From: Haplodiscus bocki
Taxonomy: Eukaryota
Length of the DNA: 64,000 nt
Assembly (NCBI GenBank): GCA_965655095.1
Contig: OZ296649.1
Span: 148,800,001 to 148,864,000, forward strand
Direction of reading: 5' to 3'
A program made the position numbers and the translations under genes. The notes beneath the pieces were generated by a model that ran no database searches, was not told where the DNA came from, and saw only the letters and a list, made by a program, of their open reading frames with translations. Numbering within the stretch: position 1 is the stretch's first letter; each line of letters begins with the position of its first letter. Positions 54,301 to 64,000 of the stretch are shown here, one piece after another.

Positions 54301-57300
54301 TAATATTCTGGTTATAATATGGTGAAGCAATTTTTGAAAAGATTAAAAAAACTATCTATGTGAGATGAAACGTGAGGAAGAGGTTTGAATTTCGTTGTTT
54401 GAAGGCAGAAAGATCAGAGGAGTTGAAAATTGGAGAGAGTGGTATCAATGAAATTTAAAGATTCGGTCAACTATTTCGTATTTTTTAGTAAAGTACCGAT
54501 ATGGAAAGTGTTCAAAAAATAGAGGGACCGCTTTTTTGAAGGAAATCTAGTAGCTTAGCAAAGAAGAAATGAACGATTGAAGAGATTCATCTGGATGATT
54601 TTGTCAATTTGCAACTAACTGTGAGAATCTTCAATTGTTAAGAAGCAGCAAGATAAATTTTTGCTGTTCGTCAAGTATCAACAAGAGATATTTTGTGGTT
54701 TGTTAAATAGTAGCAAGAGAGCTTTTGTTGATTTTAAGTACCAGCTGAATGAGTCGAAGATTAGCGAAGAATGAAGAGCAGAAATTATTCAGCTTAAATT
54801 ATTTGCAGTGAAAATCTAATGATTGGTTGAGGATTTCGTACCATGGAATTTTGATGGCTAGCGAGTTTGACTTGGGAGGTGATCTAAGGTTCTAGAAAGT
54901 TGTTTTGATTCCCGAAGCGTATATTGGTTATAAAATGCCGAAGATCGAGTTCAAAAACTATCTATCGAAATCAACAAAATTCGTTCCGGTGCAATCCCAA
55001 TTCTCGGTTGGTAACTCCGTCAAAAAACGATCTGATTGATAGGCGAGTTTCAAAAGAGAGATAAATGTAGGTTCTAAGAAACTAATTGGATTTTTGAATA
55101 GTTTATTAGACTTTCAAAATGTCGGAAAACGAAGTCAAAACATCTACAAAATTAAAAGTTTATGTTGTTTTGATATGCGGTGTAGTTATGAAGAGACAAA
55201 GGGATTATTTGGAAGGATAATAAATTTGAAAAACAGAGGCTGCCTAAACTGATTTGAGCTATTTTTATCCCGAGTGAAAACAATATTTAGATGGAGGTAT
55301 ATGGGTGCTGTAGTCTTTGACAGGTTGTCGTCGAAGACAGCGGGTTGTTCGGAATTGAGAATATACGGAAGTTTGGTAAGATGTTGCGCCTAGTGGAAGC
55401 GCTGTTGGTGTTATGGTGTCAGTTTGAATGGTATTTGCTTGATAATTCAGCGTAGTAGGCGGTTGTTGAGAATTATCAAAGATTATTGGAGACGAAGTGT
55501 CGTCATCAGGGGAACTTATCGAGGTTTGGTGCCTGTCAATCGAAAAGAAATCTGGTGTAGTCTCGTTGCCAGAATTTTCTAGCGAATCGTAAGGTAATCG
55601 CTCGGGTGCATATAATTCACCGGCCGGGTTAAACGAGGATATGGTTATATGTGGCTGAAAAAAAACCGTTTTATATTGTTGAAAAAGTTTTTCTAAATGG
55701 GGGACAACGGGATAAAATGGGATCAAATGGTTTCCGTGTGCGAACAAAACATTTCCTTGATGTGACAGTAACTGATATTTCACATTTTACTCGACGCAAT
55801 GTATTTGTAGAACCGTCTGGAATCCATGATTTATATTGTGATTGAGGGCTGTAGACACATACACCATAAAAATCTTGATCCAATGGGGTGGCTTGCATGG
55901 AACTTTGAATACGAATAAGATAAATTCGCTGTCCTAAATCAGTTAAGAAAACAATAGTTTGAGGAGATTCCATGGTTCGGTTAGATCGTGGACCGGAAAG
56001 TTCCAAGAGAAAGCTGACATGACTCTGACAGCGATTCCTAGTAACAGCATGATACCTAACCATTGTGCTCGGATAGTAACTTTGTCGATCATGTTAATGG
56101 TTAGTCTTAGTATTGTATACAAAAACTTCAGTTGTTTTTGTATATGAGACGGAAAAGTGGTAAGCTCAGACAGTAGTTGCCTTAGCTCTGATAAACGAAT
56201 CAACACGTGGTTTATTGTGGGCAACGTCATGTGGATTTGTACTACAATCATCAAGTCGATTAAGGTTAAACCGGCGTACGTTAAGACGTTCTCGACAATA
56301 ATAATGAATTGCCAAAAAGTCGTTAATTTGGTCTTGATTGACAGTGTGAGTTTGATCTTCAAGAGGTTCGTCGTTCAGGAGAGGAAACTGGAGAGCTAAG
56401 AAGAGCTGGAGTATGATAATCTTGAACATGGATTATAAAAGGTAGCAGTTCCACGAGGAGTGCAAGTAGTTGGATCAAAATCAAATTTTAGGCTGGAACA
56501 AACAAACGAGGCAGGTGAGATTCTATATGTTATATCTGGGCAGAAAAGTGGAATGGGACGAACATATAATCTTTCAAAACAAACGCGTATGGAGAACTGA
56601 ATTTCTAAATTGGGTTTACAAAGGATGGCAATTTCCTTAGTCTTTTTTGCGGGACTAAGACTCAAAGAGCGATTTATAATAACAATGCCATCGGATTCAA
56701 GAGTGTTATCAAGATAAAATCCAGTAGAAAGAAAATTAAAGGACTGTGCGTTTTGATGGGTATTTCAAAAGTTCTGGAGAGAGGGAGGTAATTCATGTGA
56801 TGAATTTAAACTGAAGCATTGAAAGTGACGTTCGACACAAGTAGTCGTATCCAAAGATGTATGCTCAAGAGATGTAGGGCTAATTAATTTATGGATCGGA
56901 CGTGGAGAAAGGTCAGTAGTTGACAGCAAGGCAATATTTAAAGTACGAGACGGGTTAATATTGGGTGTAGAAGGTGATCGAGAGAAAAATGGTGTATTAG
57001 ATTGGCGAGGAGAGGAATGAAGGTAGCTTGTGAATTTGTTAGTTGTGTTACAAAATTTGTAGACATTACAACTATAGTTCCTCTGATAGAGGAAAAAGAA
57101 CGAAAAAACTCAGTACTTCCAGTGTTATTGAAATCATCGTCAGATAAGGTTATGGCATCATAAGAAAGGATTATGGTATCGTTAAATTGGTTTCCTGGGA
57201 GAATGTCGGGGAGTGGTCTATTTGGTAAAACATTTTGGTTATGATATGGTGAAGCAATTTTTGAGAAGATTAAAAAAACTATCTATGTGAGATGAAACGT

Positions 57301-60300
57301 GAGGAAGAGGTTTGAATTTCGTTGTTTGAAGGCAGAAAGATCAGAGGAGTTGAAAATTTGAGATAGTGGTATCAATGAAATTTAAAGATTCGGTTAACTA
57401 TTTCGTAATTTTTAGTAAAGTACCGATATGGAAAGTGTTCAAAAAATAGAGGGACCGCTTTTTTGAAGGAAATCTAGTAGCTTAGCAAAGAAGAAATGAA
57501 CGATTGAAGAGATTCATCTGGATGATTTTGTCAATTTGCAACTAACTGTGAGAATCTTCAATTGTTAAGAAGCAGCAAGATAAATTTTTGCTGTTCGTCA
57601 AGTATCAACAAGAGATATTTTGTGGTTTGTTAAATAGTAGCAAGAGAGCTTTTGTTGATTTTAAGTCCCAGCTGAATGAGTCGAAGATTAGCGAAGAATG
57701 AAGAGCAGAAATTATTCAGCTTAAATTATTTGCAGTGAAAATCTAATGATTGGTTGAGGATTTCGTACCATGGAATTTTGATGGCTAGCGAGTTTGACTT
57801 GGGAGGTGATCTAAGGTTCTAGAAAGTTGTTTTGATTCCCGAAGCGTATATTGGTTATAAAATGCCGAAGATCGAGTTCAAAAACTATCTATCGAAATCA
57901 ACAAAATTCGTTCCGGTGCAATCCCAATTCTCGGTTGGTAACTCCGTCAAAAAACGATCTGATTGATAGGCGAGTTTCAAAAGAGAGATAAATGTAGGTT
58001 CTAAGAAACTAATTGGATTTTTGAATAGTTTATTAGACTTTCAAAATGTCGGAAAACGAAGTCAAAACATCTACAAAATTAAAAGTTTATGTTGTTTTGA
58101 TATGCGGTGTAGTTATGAACAGACAAAGGGATTATTTGAAACGATAAGAATTTTGAAAAACAGAGGCTGCCTAAACTGATTTGAGCTATTTTTAACCCGA
58201 GTGAAAACAATATTTAGATGGAGGTATATGGGTGCTGTAGTCTTTGACAGGTTGTCGTCGAAGACAGCGGGTTGTTCGGAATTGAGAATATACGGAAGTT
58301 TGGTAAGATGTTGCGCCTAGTGGAGGCGCTGTTGGTCTTATGGTGTCAGTTTGAATGGTATTTGCTTGATCATTCAGCGTAGTAGGCGGTTGTTGAGAAT
58401 TATCAAAGATTAATGGAGACGAAGTGTCGTCATCAGGGGAATTTATCGACGTTTGGTGCCTGTCAGTCGAAAAGAAATCTGGTGTAGTCTCGTTGCCAGA
58501 ATTTTCTAGCGAATCGTAAGGTAATCGCTCGGGTGCATATAATTCACCGGCCGGGTTAAACGAGGATATGGTTATATGTGGCTGAAAAGAAACCGTTTTA
58601 TATTGTTGGAGAAGTTTTTCTAAATGGGGGACAACGGGATAAAATGGGATCAAATGGTTTCCGTGTGCGAACAAAACATTTCCTTGATGTGACAGTAACT
58701 GATATTTCACATTTTACTCGACGCATTGTATTGGTAGAACCGTCTGGAATCCATGATTTTTATTGTGATTGAGGGCTGTAGACACATACACCATAAAAAT
58801 CTTGATCCAATGGGGTGGCTTGCATGGAACTTTGAATACGAATAAGATAAATTCGCTGTCCTAAATCAGTTAAGAAAACAATAGTTTGAGGAGATTCCAT
58901 GGTTCGGTTAGATCGTGGACCGGAAAGTTCCAAGAGAAAGCTGACATGACTCTGACAGCCATTCCTAGTAACAGCATGATACCTAACCATTGTGCTCGGA
59001 TAGTAACTTTGTCGATAATGTTAATGGTTAGTCTCAGTATTGTATACAAAAATTTCAGTTGTTTTTGTATATGAGAGGGAAAATTGGTAAGCTAAGACAA
59101 TAGTTGCCTTGGCTCTGATGAACAAATCAACACGTGGTTTATTGTAGGCAACGTCATGTTGATTTGTACTACAATCATCAAGTCGATTAAGGTTAAACCG
59201 GCGTACGTTAAGACGTTCTCGACAAAAATAATGAATTGCCAAAAAGTCGTTAATTTGGTCTTGATTGACAGTGTGAGTTTGATCTTCAAGAGGTTCGTCG
59301 TTCAGGAGAGGAAACTGGAGAGCTAAGAAGAGTTGGAGTATGTTAATCTTGAACATGGATTGAAAAAGGTAGCAGTTCCACGAGGAGTGCAAGTAGTTGG
59401 ATCAAAATTAAATTTTAGGCTTGAAGAAACAAACGAGGCAGGTGAGGTTCTATATGTTATATCTGGGCAGAAAAGTGGAATGGGACGAACATATAATCTT
59501 ATAAAACAAACGCGTATGGAGAACTGAATTTCTAAATTGGGTTTATAAAGGATGAAAATTTCCTTAGTCTTGTTTTCGGGACTAAGACTTAAAGAGCGAT
59601 TTATATTAACAATGCCTTCGGAATCAAGAGTGTTATCAAGATAAAATGCAGTAGAAAGAAAAATAAAGGACTGTGCGTTTTGATGGGTATTTCAAAAGTT
59701 CCGGAGAGAGGGAGGTAATTCATGTGATGAATTTAAACTGAAACATTGAATGTGACGTTCGACATAAGTAGTCGTATCCAAAGATGTATGCTCAAGAGAT
59801 GTAGGTCTAATTGAATTATGGATTGGACGAGGACAAAGGTCAGTAGTTGAAAAAAATGCAATATTTAAATTACGAGACGGGTTAGTATTGGATGTAGAAG
59901 GTGAACGAGAGGTAAGTGGTGTATTAGATTGGCGAGGAGAGGAATCAACATAGTTTGTGAGTTTAATAGTTGTGTTAAATTACTTGGAGACATTACAATT
60001 ATAGTTCCTCTGATAAGGGAAAAAGTACGAAAAAACTCAGTACTTCCAGTGTTATTGAAATCATCGTCAGATAAGGTTATGGCATCAAAAGAAAGGATTA
60101 GGGTATCGTTAAATTCGTTTCCTAGGAGAATATCGGGGAGTGGTCCACTTGGTAAAATATTCTGGTTATAATATGGTGAAGCAATTTTTGAAAAGATTAA
60201 AAAAACTATCTATGTGAGAAGAAACGTGAAGAAGAGGTTTGAATTTCGTTGCTTGAAGGCTGAAAGATCACAGGAGTTGAAAATTGCAGAGAGTGGTATC

Positions 60301-63300
60301 TATGATATTTAAAGAGTCGGTTGACTATTTTGTACTTTTCAGTAAAATACCGATATGGAAAGTGTTCAAAAATTAGAGAGACCGGTTACTTGAACGAAAT
60401 CTAGTAACTTAGCAAAGAAGAAATGAACGGTTGAGGAGATGCATCTTGATGATTTTGTTAATTTTCAAAAAACTGTGAGATAGAATCTTTAAATGTTAAG
60501 AAGCAGGAAGAGAATTTTTTGTTGTTCGTCAAGTATCAACAAGAAATATTTTGTTGTTTGTTAAATAGCAGCAAGAGAGCTTTTGTTGATTCTAAGTACC
60601 AGCAGTATGTGTTGAAGATTAGCGATGAAAGAAGAGAAGAAATTACTCAGCTAAACTATTTTGCAGTAGAAAATCTAATGATTGGTTGAGGACTTCATAT
60701 CGTGGCATTTTGTTGGCTAGCAGCGAGTTTGATTTGGGAGGTAACATAACGTTCTAGAAAGTTGTTTTGAATTCCGAAGCGTATATCGCTTATTAAATGT
60801 CGAGGATCGAGTTCAAAGAGTATCTATCGAAATCAACAATATTCGTAACGGTGAAATCCCAACGCTCGGTTGGTAACTCCGTTAAAAAACGGTCTGATTG
60901 GTAGGCGAGTTTCATAACAGAGATAGATGTAGGTTCTAAAAAACTGTTTGGAATTTTGAATAGTTTATTAGTCTTTCAAAACGTCGGAGAACGAAGTCAA
61001 AACATCTACAAAAATGAAAGTTTATTTTGCTTTGATATGCGGTGTAGTTATGAACAGACAAAGGGATTATTTGGAAAGATAACAATTTTGAAAAAGAGAG
61101 GCTGTCTGAACTGATTTGAGCTATTTTTATCCCGAGTGAAAATAATATTTAGATGGAGGTACATGGGTGCGGTAGTCTTTGACAGGTTGTCGTCGAAGAC
61201 GACGGGTTGTTCGGGATTGAGAATTTACGGAAGTTTGGTAAGATGTTGCGCCTAGTGGAGGCGCTGTTGGTGTTTTGGTATCAGTTTGATTGGTATTTGC
61301 TTGACCATTCAGCGTAGTAGGCTGTTGTTGAGAATTATCAAAGATTAATGGAGGCGAAGTGTCGTCATCAGGGGAATTTATCGAGGTTTGGTGCCTGTCA
61401 GTCAAAAAGAAATCTGGTGTAGTCTCGTTGCCAGAATCTTCTAGCGAGTCGTAAGGTAATCGCTCGGGTGCATATATTTCGCCGGCTGGGTTAAACGAGG
61501 ATATGGTTATATGTGGCTTAAAAAAACCGTTTTATTTTGTTGAAAAAGTTTTTCTAAATGGGTGACAACGGGATAAAATGGGATCAAATGGTTTCGGTGT
61601 TTGAACAAAACATTCCCTTGATGTGACAGTAACTGATATTTCACATTTTACTCGACGCATTGTATTTGTAGAACCGTCTGGAATCCATGATTGATATTGC
61701 GATTGAGCACTGTAGACCCATACACCATTAAAAGCTTGATCCAATGGGGTGGCTTGCATGGAAATTTGAATACGAATGAGATAATTTCGCTGTCCTAAAT
61801 CAGTTTAGAAAACAATAGTTTGAGGAGATTCCATGGTTCGGTTAGACCGTGGACCGGAAAGTTCCCAGAGAAAGCTGACATGACTCTGACAGCCATTCCT
61901 AGTAACAGCATGATACCTAACCATTGTGCTCGGATAGTAACTTTGTCGATCATGTTAATGGTTAGTCTTAGTATTGTAGACATAAATTTTAGTTGTTTTT
62001 GGATATGAGAGGGAACATTCGTAAGCTAAGACAGTAGTTGCCTTAGCTCTGATAAACAAAGCAACACGTGGTTTATTGTAGGCAACCTCATGTGGATTTG
62101 TACTACAATCATCAAGTCGATTAAGGTTAAACCGGCGTACGTTAAGACGTTCTCGAAAAAAATATTGCATTGCCAAAAAGTCGTTAATATGGTCTTCATT
62201 GACAGAGTGAGTTTGATCTTCAAGAGGTTCGTCGTTCAGGAGAGGAAACTGGAGAACTAAGAAGAGCTGGAGTATGATAATCTTGAACATGGAGTATAAA
62301 AGGTAGCAGTTCCACGAGGAGTGCAAGTAGTTGGATCAAAATTAAATTTTAGGCTTGAACAAACAAACGAGGCAGGTGAGGTTCTATATGTTATATCTGG
62401 GCAGAAAATTGGAATGGGATGAACATATAATCTTTCAAAACAAACGCGTATGGAGAACTGAATTTCTAAATTGAGTTTATAAAGGATGGCAATTTCCTCA
62501 GTCTTTTTTGCGGGACTAAGACTTAGAGAGCGATTTATATTAACAATGCCATCGGATTCAAGAGTGTTATCAAGATAAAACCCAGTAGAAAGAAAATTAA
62601 AGGACTGTGCGTATTGATGGATATTTCAAAAGTTCTGGAGAGAGGGAGGTAATTCATGTGATGAATTTAAACTGAAACATTGAATGTGAAGTTCGAGACA
62701 AGTAGTCGTATCCAAAGATGTATGCTCAAGAGATGTAGGATTAATTAAAATATGGATTGGACGAGGAGAAAGGTCAGTAGTTGACAATAATGCAATATTT
62801 AATTTACGAGACGGGTTAGTAATGGGTGTAGAAGGTGAGCGAGAGGTAAGTGGTGTATTAGATTGGCGAGGAGAGGAATGAAGGTAGCTTGTGAGTTTGT
62901 TAGTTGTGTTAAAAAATTTGTAGACATTACAACTATAGTTCCTCTGATAGAGGAAAAAGTACGAAAAAACTTAGTACTTCCAGTGTTATTGAAATCATCG
63001 TCAGATAAGGTTATGGCATCATAAGAAAGGATTATGGTATCGTTAAATTCGTTTCCTGGGAGAATATCGGGGAGTGGTCCACTTGGTAAAATATTCTCGT
63101 TATAATATGGTGAAGCAATTTTTGAAAAGATTAAAAAAAACTACCTATTAGAGAAGAAACGTGAAGAAGAGGTTTGAATTTCGTTGTTTGAAGGCTGAAA
63201 GATCACAGGAGTTGAAAATTGCAGAGAGTGGTATCTATGAAATTTAAAGAGTCGGTTAACTATTTTGTACTTTTCAGTAAAATACCGATATGGAAAGTTC

Positions 63301-64000
63301 AAAAAATAGAGAGACCGGTTACTTGAACGAAATCTAGTAAGTTAGCAAAGAAGAAATGAACGTTTGAAGAGATGCATCTTGATGAGTTTGTTAATTTTCA
63401 TATAACTGTGAGATAGAATCTTTAAATGTTAAGAAGCAGGAAGAGATATTTTTGTTGTTCGTCAAGTATCAACAAGAGATATTTTGTTGTTTGTTAAATA
63501 GCAGCAAGAGAGCTTCTGTTAATTGTCAAGTAGAAGCAAGAGAGCTTTTGTTGATTTCATGTACCAGCTGAATGAGTCGAAGATAAGCGATGAATGAAGA
63601 GAACAAAGTATTCAGCTAAACTATTTTGCAGTGGAAAATCTAATGATTGGTTGAGGACTTCGTATCATGGAAATTTGTTGGATAGCAGCGAGTTTGACTT
63701 GGGAGGTAACATAACGTTCTAGAAAGTTGTTTTGATTTGCGAAGCGTATATCGGTTATTAAATGTCGAGGATCGAGTTCAAAGAGTATCTATCGAAATCA
63801 ACAATATTCGTACCGGTGCAATCCCAACGCTCGGTTGGTAACTCCGTTGAAAAACGATCTGATTGGTAGGCGAGTTTCATAACAGAGATAAATGTAGGTT
63901 CTAAGAAACTGTTTGGATTTTCGAATAGTTTATTAGTCTTTCAAAATGTCGGAGAACGAAGTCAAAACATCTACAAAACTGAAAGTTTAACTTGTTTTGA
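20701..64000 (-). repeat. Macrosatellite of ~2.93-kb units, 14 complete + 1 partial, head-to-tail
   Basis: The junction gtaga|accgtc recurs at 23628, 26542, 29456, 32382, 35318, 38246, 41173, 44100, 47027, 49954, 52880, 55811, 58738 and 61672 (periods 2914-2936). Confidence 0.98.
23082..23600 (-). pseudogene. pol: C-terminal tail of a Ty3/Gypsy-type pol (integrase post-GPY/F region), repeated in every array unit
   Basis: VKYQLL..GNVLFAHRNHLIPFYP resembles the Y-x-L...H-x-N-x-L-x-P integrase C-terminal motif. It is followed by a disordered tail ending RRLRRQPVKDY. Copies at 26005, 28919, 31836, 34771, ~37700, 40627, 43554, 46481, 49408, ~52335, 55265, 58192 and 61127. Confidence 0.65.

Larger units (their letters stand above)
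14030..64000 (-). mobile_element. Decayed env-bearing LTR retroelement (3' internal portion) containing the tandem amplification
   Basis: Order on the minus strand is integrase tail, intervening region, env, accessory ORF. No RT/RNase H or confident LTR lies inside the window. Confidence 0.65.

Noticed and set aside
23776-62008. Recurrent plus-strand ORFs (MRRFHGSV.., MAEKKPFY.., MVSSDSS..)
   Set aside because: Short antisense shadows of env/pol with non-ATG starts; they recur only because the unit repeats.
20701-64000. CRISPR-like array or functional tandem gene family
   Set aside because: Units are wholly homologous with no unique spacers, and the coding parts are broken retroelement fragments.

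Overview
AT-rich eukaryotic (invertebrate-like) DNA with two main parts. (1) At 1.9-12.5 kb, four minus-strand exons splice in frame (GT-AG, intron phases checked) into an intersectin/Dap160-like endocytic scaffold: DPF-rich region, SH3A-like domain, S/T-rich linker, SH3C-like domain. Its introns hold an internally deleted Merlin (IS1016/ISXO2-family) DNA transposon and a microhomology-bounded duplication with a templated insertion. (2) From about 14 kb to the window end lies a decayed minus-strand LTR-retroelement/endogenous retrovirus-like sequence. It has an integrase-like C-terminal tail, an unknown intervening ORF region, an envelope gene resembling chuvirus/Monjiviricetes-type (class III, gB-like) glycoproteins, and a further unknown ORF after env. 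A ~2.93 kb internal slice (integrase tail + intervening region + 5' third of env) is amplified head-to-tail into a macrosatellite of 14 full units plus a partial 15th (20,701-64,000, running off the window). The array has subfamilies, mosaic units and a dimeric higher-order repeat. Family assignments come from motif recognition by eye, not database searches.
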